A stretch of 63,983 bases of DNA, counting the filler, from Octopus bimaculoides (Eukaryota), in NCBI RefSeq assembly GCF_001194135.2. It is 7 parts of 5 records of this genome, joined end to end, with 100 filler letters (N's around TTAATTAATTAA, not from the genome) between each part and the next. Parts side by side here need not be neighbours in the genome. Positions count along the whole stretch, not along the records: positions 36,687 to 60,790 come from NC_068982.1; 6 more parts are not named here. The stretch is one strand, 5' to 3'. Positions 38,024 through 51,750 of the stretch are shown here, piece after piece. The position numbers were made by a program, and so were the translations under genes. Under the pieces are notes generated by a model. That model was given only the letters and a program-made list of their open reading frames with translations, did no database searches and was not told the origin of the DNA. Numbering within the stretch: position 1 is the stretch's first letter; each line of letters starts with the position of its first letter.

Positions 38024-40171
38024 ATTAATTATTTTCATAACCATTTTTATTTGTTTTAATCATCATCGTCATTGCTTACCATCCATTTTCTATGATGATG
38101 ATGATGAATACAAATAAAAGGGTTATGAAAATAATGATCAATACTACCACCCCAACACCCTAAATACCATGTATTCATGTTGTTTAACCCTAAGTCATTT
38201 CCAAATGAGCATGGACATAATCAAAGGTATTCATCCATGACCATGGCTACATTATAAAAATTTCTCTTTATTTAAGGCTGTAGAATGTGATTCAAGGGGG
38301 ATTTGGCTGCTATTTTTAACAAGTTGAATGACCATCCATATACAGCTTCCCTTGTTAGTGTAATACTTTATTTATTTGTATATGTGTCATATCTTAAGCT
38401 TTCTCATTAAAAGTATAGTAAATACAGGGCTCCCACCACCATCACTACCATATACAAACCAACCTAAATTTAAATTATGTATACAATTTTATCATCTGGC
38501 CATAATCTTAATTTTAGTACATATGCATTTTTTAATTATGAAAAAAAATTTTTTAAATTTATTTCTTTTTCCATGATTGCATCAGGGTCAGCAAACATTA
38601 TTATAATGCACTTTTATATATTACAGTATTTATAAACAACTGAAAAACAGCTGTGTTTGTAGGGAGTGAAAAAAAAAAATTGAGCTACACGTGATCCAGA
38701 CAGATATCGACCCATCAAGATAAAACTAGAATTACTAAATACATTCTGAACCCTGTAGTTCCATCTAAAGCATCACTGTACCTTAATTAACCCAGTTTAG
38801 TATTGTTTTATTTATTCATTTATTTTATCATACACTTACTTTATCTGTGGCTATCCTAATCTCTGAAGATCCATCGTACTTTTAATGGCATATTTAAGCA
38901 GCAGATTATCACCTTTAATATCTTGCTATATGTATTTTTTTTGTTTTGCTGGTGTTATTTTCATGTTTTTTATATATATATATATGCATATATNNNNNNN
39001 NNNNNNNNNNNNNNNNNNNNNNNNNNNNNNNNNNNNNNNNNNNNNNNNNNNNNNNNNNNNNNNNNNNNNNNNNNNNNNNNNNNNNNNNNNNNNCAATATC
39101 ATTTGTCTTTAACAACTATTTTTTAAAAATTTTGTTTCATTATATTATGGATTTGAGAAATCGATTCGTTTCATCTCAATTTATCCTCGTTAGTACTGAT
39201 GTAGTTACAGAATCTCAGGTCAGTTAATTGCCAAGTATCATTAAAGAAGGAAAATTCTTTACTTTTATAATATTACACAGTTTTTGACAGGAAAACAGAG
39301 TAGCTCATTTCATCCCCTTATTCATCTTCTCTCATATTGTTTCAAACCATAGAACATACTCTACACTGTTCTATATCTTTGAATTAACTTTGAATTTATC
39401 ATTTCATGCAATCACAGGGTCCCACATTCAATCCTAATGCATGCCATTTTGGGCAAATGTTCTCTTTTTTTATCGTAGCCTTAGCTCAACCCAAACCAGA
39501 AACTCTGTGAATTGTTTGTGAGATAAGATTATATCTGCAGTGGGTATCAAATATTTTGGCTTGAAATTATCATTTCCTACAAAATTATGAGATAGTAGTA
39601 CAGTTTAGTGGTTAAGAAGATTGTTTTGGAATCACAAGGTCCCATGTTCAATCTCAATGCCTGCCATTTTGGGCAAATGTTTTTTTTTTTTATCATCATA
39701 GCCTTAGCTCAACCCAAACCAGAAACTCTGTTAATTGCTTCATCATCATCATCATCATCTTCATTTAACGTCCACCTTCCATGCTGGCATGAGTGGGAGA
39801 GATATGATTATACCTGTAGTGATTATGAAATATTTTGGCTCAGTCATATTGGTGTTGCTGATTTGAAGCTGACTTATTTGATGTCAGACCTTTTAATTTG
39901 TCTCTTGCTCTTTCTCCCTCTTTCTCTTCATGTGTATGAGTTCTTTTGTCACACATCACACATTCCGTGACCTCTTCAGCAACTTTCTGTCTCATGTGTC
40001 TCCTCTTGTCCTGCCTATTCCATTTTTTATAATAATAAAGCTAAAATGAAGATTAAATAAACAGTGTATGTGTTTAATTGGAGAAAGATGATCATCCCCA
40101 AATATAACAATATTTGATTCAATACATGATTTCACATCAAGAATCTTGCAAAACAAATACATAAGCCTAAG

Positions 40172-40744
40172 CATCATCGTCATCATTTAACATCCGCTTT
40201 CCATGCTGGCATGGGTTAGAGAGTGTGGCTTGAACTAGTAAGCCAGAGAGCAGCACCAGGTTCCAGTCTGATTTGGCATGATTTGTATGGTTGAATGCAC
40301 TTCCTAACGCCAACCACTCCAAGCGTGTAATGGGTGCCTTTTACTTGCCACCAGTACAGATGCCAGTTATGTGACACCAGCATCAGCCATGACTACAATT
40401 TCACTTAGCTTGACAAGTCTTCTCACGCACAGCATATCACCAAAGGTCACAGTCATTTGTAATCACTTCCATGAGGCCCAACATTTCAAGGTCATGCTTC
40501 ACCACCTCATTCCATGTCTTCCTGGGTCTACCTCCTCCACAGGTTCTTTTGACAGTTAGAGCTCGGCACTTCTTTACACAGCTGTCCTCATCCTTATGCA
40601 TCACATAACCATACCAGTGCAGTCATCTCTCTTGCACACCACATCTGATACCTCTTATGCCAAGTTTTTCTTTCAAGATGCTTACACTCTCTTGTACATG
40701 CGCACTGACACTGCACACCCAGTGAAGCATACTAGCTTCATTTC

Positions 40745-40750
<6 letters not shown>
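40172..40750 (-). mobile_element. 5'-truncated RTE-clade LINE (ORF end, 3' UTR, (ATG)n tail)
   Basis: 40748-40401 reads ERNEASMLHWVCSVSAHVQESVSILKEKLGIRGIRCGVQER*LHWYGYVMHKDEDSCVKKC...GRPRKTWNEVVKHDL...DLW*YAVREKTCQAK*. Confidence 0.9.
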
Positions 40751-40816
<66 letters not shown>

Positions 40817-40899
40817 GTATATATGTTGTATGCATATATATTGTATATAATTATATCAGGGTTGTGATGTCTCAATTTGGGGAAATAATGGCCCGATCT

Positions 40900-41250
40900 C
40901 TGAGCTACAAACTATATCAAGTAAGATTTACTGCAAAGTGTTCTTGGAGGAACCTCCATTTCTGTTGTGTAATTCATAGATCAAGGAGGTGCTCAAAGTA
41001 GAGCCACTACTTCTCTGAATTGAATGACCACAGCTTCAATACTATGGCCATGTGGTAAGAATGTCCTGGGAAAGAATCACTGGACAGGTTTTATGGGTGA
41101 AATCAACCAGTGGGAGACCCAGTGATAGACTGCAAACAACATCCATGAACTCAGTTGGTCTCACTTGGGGACGGGATTCCAGCCAGATCAACAGGAGACT
41201 GTTGCTTCTGAGAGGACCTAATGTAAGGCATGCTTGAGAACTCTGTTCCT
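40900..41250 (+). mobile_element. Second, older RTE-clade LINE C-terminal relic
   Basis: NS*IKEVLKVEPLLL*IE*PQLQYYGHVVRMSWERITGQVLWVKSTSGRPS matches the VEPLLLRIERSQLRWYGHVxRM pattern. Confidence 0.8.
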
Positions 41251-41571
41251 GTGACCCTCTCAGGAATATGTAGGTGAGGAATATGAGATAATATATATAC
41301 AAAGAAGAACTCAAGTGGGGTTGACTCTACAGTTTGTATTGGATTAGGTACCTATGTATATATGCATCTATTTATGTGTATATTTAAATATATAGATAGA
41401 CAGACAGACAGACAGATAGGGGTGTGTGTGTGTATGTACATACTTACAAATATGCTACCTATAAATGACAAGGATGAGATTTTCAATGTACTATAAGCTC
41501 AATACTATGTACCCAGCCAATCTTGGTGTCATATATGTTGATACACCTAGATTCCAACAAATCCTACAACT

Positions 41572-41664
<93 letters not shown>

Positions 41665-41968
41665 TCTTCATCATCATCATCATTGTTTTAATGCCTTCCA
41701 CCTTTTGTACATCTGCCACATTCAGTACCCATATCTGGTTACCATGCAGCTTTGGACCTTGTACAAAAACATAGTGCAATCCATCCTTCACTCTGTGAGA
41801 GAATTCGTTTGTTGCAAGCAGAATAACAGATCCCTACACTGCATTTATTCTGACTACCAGACATTCAGAACACTCCTCTCAGCTGCTAATTAGTTTGTGC
41901 AAGTAAGAGAAGCTATCTGCTGTTTTTTGAAGAAGGAGCCTTCCAAACAGTTGAAAGTACTTAGTTCA

Positions 41969-42225
41969 TAGGTGCAAGCATGGCTGTGTGGTTAAGAAGC
42001 TTGTTTACCAGCCACTTGGTTTCAGGTTCAGTCACACTGTGTAGCACCTTGGGCAAGTTTCTTCTACTACAGCCCCAGGTTGGCCAAAGTCTTGTGGGTA
42101 GATTTGTTTTGACAGGAAATGAAAGAAACCCATTGTATATATGTATGTATATGTATATATATGTGTGTGCGTGTGTATGTATATGCATATGTATGTGTGT
42201 ATGTATATGTACATATGTGTATGTA

Positions 42226-42286
<61 letters not shown>

Positions 42287-42770
42287 NNNNNNNNNNNNNN
42301 NNNNNNNNNNNNNNNNNNNNNNNNNNNNNNNNNNNNNNNNNNNNNNNNNNNNNNNNNNNNNNNNNNNNNNNNNNNNNNNNNNNNNNNNNNNNNNNNNNNN
42401 NNNNNNNNNNNNNNNNNNNNNNNNNNNNNNNNNNNNNNNNNNNNNNNNNNNNNNNNNNNNNNNNNNNNNNNNNNNNNNNNNNNNNNNNNNNNNNNNNNNN
42501 NNNNNNNNNNNNNNNNNNNNNNNNNNNNNNNNNNNNNNNNNNNNNNNNNNNNNNNNNNNNNNNNNNNNNNNNNNNNNNNNNNNNNNNNNNNNNNNNNNNN
42601 NNNNNNNNNNNNNNNNNNNNNNNNNNNNNNNNNNNNNNNNNNNNNNNNNNNNNNNNNNNNNNNNNNNNNNNNNNNNNNNNNNNNNNNNNNNNNNNNNNNN
42701 NNNNNNNNNNNNNNNNNNNNNNNNNNNNNNNNNNNNNNNNNNNNNNNNNNNNNNNNNNNNNNNNNNNNNN

Positions 42771-42809
<39 letters not shown>

Positions 42810-42836
42810 AAATATATACACACAGTATCACGCACG

Positions 42837-42870
<34 letters not shown>

Positions 42871-43045
42871 ACATGTGCATGTGTGGTGTTGGCTTATTTG
42901 CATCCTTGTAGCTTAGCAGCTCACCAAAGGAGACCAATAGAATAAATACCAGATTTCAAAAAATAAGTAGTGTTTGATTTGTTTATCTAAGCACTTCAAG
43001 ATAGTACTCCAGCATGGCCAGGATCTAATGACTGAAACAGATAAA
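41969..43045 (+). mobile_element. SINE family A (head 41969-42140, tail ~42880-43045, microsatellite and gap between)
   Basis: Both the head and the AATGACTGAAAC tail are recognisable. Confidence 0.7.
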
Positions 43046-43690
43046 TGATAAATGTAAAGTGGTTCTTTATAGTATTAACCCTTCAAGTCCTGAGAACTTA
43101 TTTCACATTGCCAAGTTTTCACAAGATATTTTAGGATCAAGTCTTAAAGAAGAAAGGCTTGTGCTCAAGAGTAATGAAGTCTAATGATCTAGAATTACCA
43201 ATATTCTATCAATTCTTATATTCATCAGGAATTTTGTAAATAAATTTCTTGCTAGAGGTAGCTCTTTTATGCATTGATTTTTGTCTTTGCTGATATTTCT
43301 CAGAAGATGGTTTCTGTGGTGTGTTGTCCAAAGTGTGTCGAATTTGTGGCTAAAAGCAATATACTTGTCTCTAATGTAATTTGTGATGTGTTCTGTGTAG
43401 TTTATGTCAAAGAACTATGTTTCATATAGTTTTCTTTTTCATTCTTTTCATCATCCCTGGACTATAGCTATCCTGGGGCACCACTTTCAAGGATTTTAGT
43501 CAATTATATTAATATGTTCACCCCCTCTTCCCATAATACTGGTCTTATTGATCTGTACGTATTGAATATTTGTATTAGACTTTTGTATCTCTTTTAGTGA
43601 CAAGTATTTTTACACACATACACACATGTTCACACATGCACACACACACAAGCATATAGTGTGGAAAATATGCAAAGATTATACCCTTTT

Positions 43691-44092
43691 CATCATCATC
43701 ATCATCATCATAATCATCATCGTTCTTTTAGTCTCTGCTTTCCCATGCTTGTATGTGTTGGATGCAGTTTGTTGAGGCAGATATTCTACAGCCAGATGCC
43801 CTCACCTGTTTTCAAGTAACTAATATTCTTCCTTGACCAGACAAGTTTTCACAGAAGATTGAAAATGAAGGACACTGCTTGCATGACAGTGGAACTTATT
43901 TACAACTATCACATGATATCAAGACAAGGAGACAGTAACACACACACAACTGACTTCTTTCATTTTCTATCTATCAAATCCACATTCACTCACAATGTCT
44001 TGTTGACCTGGGGCTATAGGTGAAGGCATTTACCCAAAATGCCACACAGTTGAGAACCAAACTTCTTACCATACAGCCATGCCTGCACTTTC
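43691..44092 (-). mobile_element. SINE with a family-A head and an RTE-type tail
   Basis: Minus strand: GCAGGCATGGCTGTATGGTAAGAAG head, a different body, then ...CCAACACATACAAGCATGGGAAAGCAGAGAC...GATGATGATG. Confidence 0.7.
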
Positions 44093-44830
44093 TTTGCAGT
44101 AAATTCTAGATGTTGTCTTGTGCTGTATTGGATCTGCTGGCCTCTTAGCTCATAAATAATCAGTGTTGTTTCCTAAATTTTAGCGAGAGGCACACAAAGA
44201 AATTGCTGCTCAATTGTATTTCATAAGGCTTTTAATTTTATATCCATTAGTTTTTACCCTGGGTGCAAAATTGGAGCCACATTTTCTTGGAATAATAAAT
44301 AATAATATCACCAGTGAAAGAATAACATTGTATCTAAGGAGAGATTAGTCTCATTACTTTAACATTATAAAATCTTAGTGATAAGTACGTTTGGTACAAG
44401 CCACTCTGATCCATTATAGGATTAAGGATTATGAATTTTGTTGATTTCTGTAGAACTTGCATGCAGTCTACAACTTAGAGTTAATTAGAGCAATATTAAT
44501 AAAAAGTTTCCATGGAACAGTATTCTTAGTAGATTCTAGAGACTATTTTGTTAGGCAAAGGCTTACTGTTCTAGTCAATTACATATTCTCAAAGTTTTCC
44601 ACTTTCAGCTGCACTTTCACTGTGGCACCCAGTCTGGAAATCAAAACTATGATCTTGCAATCTTGAGTACAATATCCTTAGGGTGCACTAACCCTCCCTG
44701 CCACTAGGTCAAGAACAACCGCTGATGTTAACTCTAATCATACTATATCAAACATATTATGGACTCCCCTGTCGTTAATGACAGATGAAGATTTAGCAAG
44801 GAATTGCTGAACAACCTGCAAAAATGATTT

Positions 44831-45160
44831 CATCATCGTTTAACATCCGCTTTCCATGCTAGCATGGGTTCGACGATTTGACTGGGGACTGGTGAACCAG
44901 ATGGCTACACCAGGCTCCAATCTGATTTGGCAGAGTTTCTACAGCTGGATGCCCTTCCTAACGCCAACCACTCCAAGAGTGTAGTGGGTGCTTTTACGTG
45001 CCACCGGCACGAAGGCCAGTCAAGCGGTACTGGCAACGGCCATGCTCAAAATGGTGTATTTTACGTGCTACCTGCACAGGAGCCAGTCCAGCGGCACTGG
45101 CAACAATCTTGCTCGAATGTCTTTACACGTGCCAGGAAGGCAATGCTGGGCACAGGTGCC
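44831..45160 (-). mobile_element. RTE 3' UTR-type repeat with internal tandem modules
   Basis: CATCATCGTTTAACATCCGCTTTCCATGCTAGCATGGG... with three TTTACGTGC-type modules. It retains many CpGs, so it is likely young. Confidence 0.85.
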
Positions 45161-46046
45161 ATCGATTTGTTTTTAATAATTAAATGTTTGTGTTGCACAT
45201 CAGCTCACTCCTTTCATTAAATCGGCAATGTTTGTATGGGTACTCAATGTGCCATGTGTCAGACGTCAAAGCAATCACAGAGTTATGTGAGATGATTTAC
45301 AAAGAATAGAATGCAGCATCCAGTCTGGAAATCAAAATCATGATCTCACATTGATGAGCATAACATCTTAACCACTAGGCCACATCCTTTCACTATCTAT
45401 CACACATATGCTCCACACATATGCTCCACACATATGAAACATATATTAACACTTAAAACAGTACAATAAAGAGAAGGACGAAAAAGTAGTTTTTTAGTAC
45501 AATATAATTGTGTCTATTTCATTGAGAAATCAATCAATGTTTGTTTTTATAGTTAATTCTCAATATTCCCCGATTCTCTTTTCATCAAATTCTATTCTCA
45601 CCTTGGGCTGAGGTTTTGTTATAAGCTTCTGTTTGGTCTTCTGGGAGAATTTCTTTCTGTAATATTTTCCCCTTTTGTTTTGTGCATAGGTAATTTCCAA
45701 CTTGAAAGATGTTAGCCATACATATAATTGATCTAGAATCAGACTTGTCTGGTTCTTTTCATCAAGCTTTTGTTAAATTTCATTGTTCCCTCTAGGACTT
45801 GGTGATATGTGTGTGTGAGTTTATATATATATATATATATAAGTTGGCTTTGCTCTTGTATTCACACATACACACACATATTAATTTATATACTGCTTTG
45901 ATGTTTATGCATATTTGTATTTAATATGCGTGGGCGTGTGCGTACATGCGATTAGCAAAACTCTTAAGCCAGTATTTAGATATTTTAGCCAGTAGCCAAA
46001 GATTTAATTATTTCCAGACCTCTTTGTAAGATAACCCCCCCCCCCT

Positions 46047-46087
<41 letters not shown>

Positions 46088-46394
46088 TTTGTTACTGTAG
46101 CAAGGGTGGTTAATATGTCTGGGACAGCGGTGTTATACTAAGTACTTTATGGTATTTAGAGTCATCCATCGAAGTCCAAGTTCAAACATATAAAGATATA
46201 TGTGTGTAGGGGAGAGGGGTGTTTGTGTGTGTAGGGGGGGAGTATTTATAAGTATAGTCACAGACGTCCACTTGGTAACCACATAGTTTTCTGTGTAAAC
46301 CCACTATCAATGTCTTCTATCATTGGCTAATGCATTGTGAGTTAATTCCATCATTGGAAACTGTGTGGAAGCCTGTTGTATGTGTGTGTGTATC

Positions 46395-46475
<81 letters not shown>

Positions 46476-47269
46476 GTATATGTATGTATACATATGTGTG
46501 TGTGTGTGTGTGCATCTTTATTTGTCTTTTTACCACTTGAGAAATGGTATTGACCTCTCTGTGTCCCTGAAACTTAGCAATAAACAGAAACCATTAAATA
46601 AATACCAGACTTAAAATATGTACTCAGATCACTTTGGTTTCGTTGATTTTACCCTTCAAGGCAGTGCTCCAGTATGGCCACACTCCAAAGACTGACATAA
46701 GTAAAAGAATAAAAAATTTTTTAAATGCACCAAAAACAAAGCAATAACCCAAACAACATATTCATATGCCCAGACAACATATGGTTGATGGTTGATTGTG
46801 TAATGTGCATGGGTTTCACAGTGATGTGGTGAGGGATTTCTGTGATGTTAGAGTGCAGTGGTGCTGGGACTGAGGTGCACTTCTGCCAATATATGTGTTT
46901 ATATGGCAATTGTGACACTCCCTAAGTTCAACAGTACTGGTTTCAGCATGTGCTTTCAGATCAAAAATCTTGTAAAACAAATTAGGAAAAGAAATATGTT
47001 TGTGTATGTGTTCGGGTGTGTACATGCACGCACACGTGCGTGTGTGTGTGTGTAGATGTACATGTAAATGTTTGTGTATACAAATAGTTGTATATAGATG
47101 CATGTATGTATGTATGTGTGTGTATGTATATTTATGTATATGCAAATGTATATATATTTATGCATTTATATGTATAGATATGCATATCTAAATATGTGTG
47201 TATACATATATATATGTGTATGTATATGTGTATGTATATGTAAACATGTATGAATATATGTATGTATAG

Positions 47270-47337
<68 letters not shown>

Positions 47338-47594
47338 ATATATACATACATACATACATGTGTGTGTGTATGCCTATGTATATATGTGTAGTGTGTGTGT
47401 ATAACTGTGTGAATACTTATATTTTGCTGTGGGCTGAGCTGTGGACACTGTCCTTTGCTTACACATTCCCATTAACAAATCATCTAGCAGCTGTGTGCCT
47501 TTGAAAGGCAAGAGAAATAGAAACCTTCCTTACTTGAAAATAGTGTTTGGGAGAACATCCATCTGTAAAATTATCCTCAATAATATGTATTTGT

Positions 47595-47813
47595 AAGGCA
47601 GCAAGCTGGTAGAATCATTGATACACTGGGCAAAATGCTTAGCAGCATTTTGCCCATTTTTACGTTCTGAGTTCAAATTCTGCTGAGGTCAGCTTTGCCT
47701 TTCATCCTTTTGGGGTCAATAAAATAAGTACCAGTTGAGCACTGAGGTTGATGTAATCAACTTGCTCTTCTCCCTCGAAATTTCTGGCCTTGTGCTAAAA
47801 TTTGAAACTAATG
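47595..47813 (+). mobile_element. SINE family B with a 12-bp TSD
   Basis: TSD ATATGTATTTGT at 47583-47594 and 47814-47825. CpGs are converted to TG/CA. Confidence 0.85.
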
Positions 47814-48267
47814 ATATGTATTTGTCTAATTCATGTTATCACTAAAAATAAATGAAATTAATTAACTTAATTATCTGCAAATAAATCAAATAAGTAATCA
47901 GTGTGATTATATCAAAACATTTAAAAGATACCAAATTTCAGCTTTGGATCAAGACTTTCCACTAGAAATACTTAAACCCTGGCAAATATGTAAACTGATA
48001 TAAACCAGTACATTTGAAAAGATACCATGTGATATGATGTGAATTTTCCAGCATACAATTTGACACAGTATATAGTTTAAACAATCAAACATCATCACTA
48101 ACTCTCCAAATTCTGCTGCATGTCATATGTTATTTTTGGTCCTCCAAAGTTGTCTTCATGTATAAGTTGACTTATCTTTTTTTTTTTTTTTTTCACTGTA
48201 AATTTTGGGCTGAAAATACAATATTTATTGTGTCGGAATTGTACACCTGACGAAAGCCTATAATTAA

Positions 48268-48443
48268 CCCTTTACCATTCAGATTACTCTGTCAAATGTA
48301 ATGCTTATATATTCACATTATCTTGAATTACTTGTGCATTATCTTGTAGCTTTCAGATTTTATTGATGGAACTATTTATGTTTAGAATGACAATGTTGCG
48401 TAGGTGTGAGAGGCTGAATCTGGTCGGTTTAAATGTTGAAGGG
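48268..48443. mobile_element. piggyBac-type MITE
   Basis: TTAA|CCCTTT...AAGGG|TTAA, with TTAA at 48264-48267 and 48444-48447. Confidence 0.75.
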
Positions 48444-48875
48444 TTAAGGGTATTATTGTTCACAAAATGTACAGTATAAAAAGTACTGTAAGGAGATACC
48501 ATTTTGAACTGGAAAAACTGGGCAAAGTGTTTTGGTTGAAGAACTAAGCAAGGGCCTTTAGAGGATACAAGTCTGGTCATTTTGCACTGAGCTAACCAGA
48601 ACAGAAACCATTTCAAATTACAGAAAAGAGAAATGAAAGGACACAGATTAAAAGTGAGCTGTTGGTTGAAGCATGGTTCTCCAAGCAAAGAGATGGAGAC
48701 CATTATTGGGTCAGGAATCATTTCATAACTGGACTGCACAGAAAGAATAAATTCTTTATTTGTATTCTGTTGACTATTACAGTCTGCTGGGTGTTTTGGC
48801 ATTATATATATATATTATATATGAAATAATTAAATCATGTATTATTCACTTTATTGTGTTTTGTTATGCACATAA

Positions 48876-48946
48876 TCCCCCAATCCATGGAAAAATTGTC
48901 TCACATGAAACCAGTCTTTGGTACAGAAAATAGCTGGGTACCACTG
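48876..48946 (+). mobile_element. hAT (Charlie/MER1-like) terminal fragment
   Basis: TCCATGGAAAAATTGTCTCACATGAAACCAGTCTTTGGTAC...GGGTACCACTG. Confidence 0.6.
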
Positions 48947-49609
48947 GATTAATGGATATCAGTGCTTAAAATGTTTGCCTAGCAAACTGATGGCTTTCAT
49001 CTGGCTATTATATGGAATGTCTAAAATCTCAATTTGATTTTATTTTATTGGTGGTTATAAGACATATGTGAGCCCATGCAAACATACACACATGTAAAAA
49101 GAAGCTCTGATTACAGAGTCTTATCTACATCTATTGTTGATTCATGTTTAGTTAGCCAATGTAACAGACTGAATAGACTTTTCAGCTAACATCCTATGGA
49201 TATAATCTTCTTGTTATGTAACTGTTCTCTTATTTACTTTCTTTTATTCTTTGTTTTTTTTTCATTTTAAACAAAGGGGTAATTCATGTAAACTATGAAT
49301 GAAAAGAATAGCTGATGTATTAAAATGATTGCCCTTATTATTATTGTTGTTGTTGCTGTTGTTCATGTTATTACTACTACTATGATTATACTTATCATCA
49401 TCATTATTAGTATTGCACAAGTCAGTACTATGAATTTACGTCATATCCTGACAGACTGTGTGGACACACATATCATATCCTTGTTAATACCCACATGGAT
49501 ACACATATACACATAATATATACTTGCACCCCTAGCTTTTCACAACTACACAATCCTTTGCATTGTGGCATAACCATAAATATAGACTTATGCATATGAA
49601 TACACATGC

Positions 49610-49780
49610 TAGCCGAAGTGGCTGTGTGGTTTATATGCTTGTTTTTGCTTTTGCAACCACTTGATCTGAGGTTCAATTCACTGCACAACCCTTTGGCCAC
49701 GTGTAATCTACAACAAACTTAAGTGGTTCAATGACTGGTATGTGGAATATGGCTGACAGAAACTGTGTAGAATCTCATGG
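49610..49780 (+). mobile_element. SINE family A head, decayed
   Basis: GTGGCTGTGTGGTTT...GAGGTTCAATTCACTGC...GACAGAAACTGTGTAGAATC. Confidence 0.6.
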
Positions 49781-50579
49781 CATGTGTGTGTGTGTCTGTG
49801 CATGCACATAAATGCATAGTGTTGTGATACAGTTGCTAGAAAACTTTTAACACAGTACATTCAAACTAGAAAATAACTTGTGGTATTTAATGCATCCCGA
49901 TTGCACAGATGCTCCATTGTCATTTTTGTTACCAGAAACACTAGGAATCAGTGATTGACCCCTTCACCCCCACCTTGGAAACCTATAATCAATGTTGCTT
50001 TTGTTCACATATAAAATACAAAATAAACCTGCATACTGATAGGCAAGAGTATATATTCATGGAAATTTACGCTGACACTATCCTTTGTACATAAATTAAT
50101 ACATATTCACTGTGGAAAAGTCAGCTGGGCAAAGGAGTTGAGAAGCATGCTCCTCCTCCTTCTACATAAACACATTACTTAGTTTCCATCTTTCACATCT
50201 CATAAAGCTTTGGTCAACATGAGACAGTGGTGGAAGACTCTTGTCCGAACTGCTGTCATGACATTAATGTAAATGGACAATTTGCATCACTAAAAGAAGG
50301 AGGAGGAGGAGGATTCCATGAATTTCTTCGAAACTGTAACTGTTTTCTGTCTATATGAAATGTCTTGCGTCATTTCATTTAGAAAATGTTTAATGAATAT
50401 ATTTCAGAATGAAATGGTGCCATATATGATTACCTGAGACAGGAAGTTTTAAGAACATTGTAATAAGTAAACAACAGCAAAAATTAAACATGTGTACTCT
50501 ATGCATCTTCTTTCTTATTCTTTAATTTCAAATTGACACTTCTAATCCCACCAAATATTATGAAGAAACGATTATCTTC

Positions 50580-51300
50580 CTTGTATTAACTTCTACTAGG
50601 TGATACTAGAAATTTTATAGTGTATTTTTTTTTCCAATAATAGATTCTGGTTGGTGATCATATTTTCTGTCTATTCTGAATGATTGCAAATTTCCTACTA
50701 ATTTTCCAATGTATCTCTTACCTCACCCCCACTTTACCAATTGTTTAATATTTTTTTTGTGCCAATGATGTATATAATATTGCTGATACTTTTATTTACA
50801 TGGCTACATATCCAATTTTGCTAGCTTCTTATATTCTTGCCATTTTGCTAGCTCCTTATATTCTTATCCAACTTAATGTTTCATTCCTTCCCATTTCACC
50901 TTTTCATCCTTCAACACATCAAAGCTTTGTATTTTCTTTCTGCTCCAGTAGCTTTATTACCTAGTTTTTCTGGAAAGGTGATACTATAATACTTTACTCT
51001 TTTCCCTTCTTATTCAAAGTATGACACAGTTATCAATATCAGATTGCATCCAAATATTTCTGCAATAGATTCTTTCAAACTGTATCAAAGAATCCAGTGT
51101 TTCTTTTCTGCTTTCAAGTTTGAAATCATCTGTGAACATTAAAAGGCAGTTCTTTTTTGTCTTCCTCATATATACACCTTGTTAAACATTGAGTTACATC
51201 TCTTGTCAATCGTTAACGCATATACATGAGACTATTAGTTCAAAATCCATAATATCCATTTAGGCTTTGTGAGTATCCATTCTGGAACCTTCTTTAGCTT
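50580..51300 (-). mobile_element. R4/Dong-like non-LTR retrotransposon relic
   Basis: Collinear fragments KKVPEWILT; LLMFTDDFKLESRKETLDSLIQFERIYCRNIWMQSDIDNCVIL (pattern LLFMDDLKL..ELDSLI..V..FS.DIGM.FG.DKC); IHWKISRKF; YDHQPESII. Heavily deleted. Confidence 0.75.
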
Positions 51301-51339
51301 CTTTAACTGTTGCATCCACTGTGCATCCATTTTCTCGTT

Positions 51340-51750
51340 ATCTTTTATCTTTCACAGGTTTCAGTCGTTTGACTACAGCCATGCTGGAGCATAACCTTAA
51401 AGAGTTTTAGTCAACCAAATTCCCCCAGGACTTCTTTTTTAAAGCTTAATTCTTATTCTATCGGTCTCTTATGCCAGACCATTATGTTAAGGGGATGTGA
51501 ACACACCAACACTAGTTATCAAGCAGTGGTGGAAGACAAACACACACATACACAGACACACACACACATATATGTGTATATATATATACACACACACAAC
51601 AAGCTTCTCACAAATCCACAAATCCACTCACAAGGCTTTGCTCAGCCTGAGGCTAAAGTAGAAGACATTTGCCCAAGGTGTCACACCGTGGAACTGAACC
51701 CAGAATCTTGTGCTTAGGAAACAAGCTTCTTACCACACTGCCACACCTGT
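51340..51750 (-). mobile_element. Full-length SINE family A, CpG-decayed
   Basis: The reverse complement runs from the head to the tail GACTGAAACCTGTGAAAG. Confidence 0.8.

Noticed and set aside
43180-43430. ~77-codon open stretch on the minus strand (FFDINYTEHITNYIRDK...)
   Set aside because: No start codon, no clear splice signals and no recognisable family.
48353-48802. 149-aa minus-strand ORF
   Set aside because: It overlaps a piggyBac-type MITE, has no domain signature, and is probably a chance ORF.
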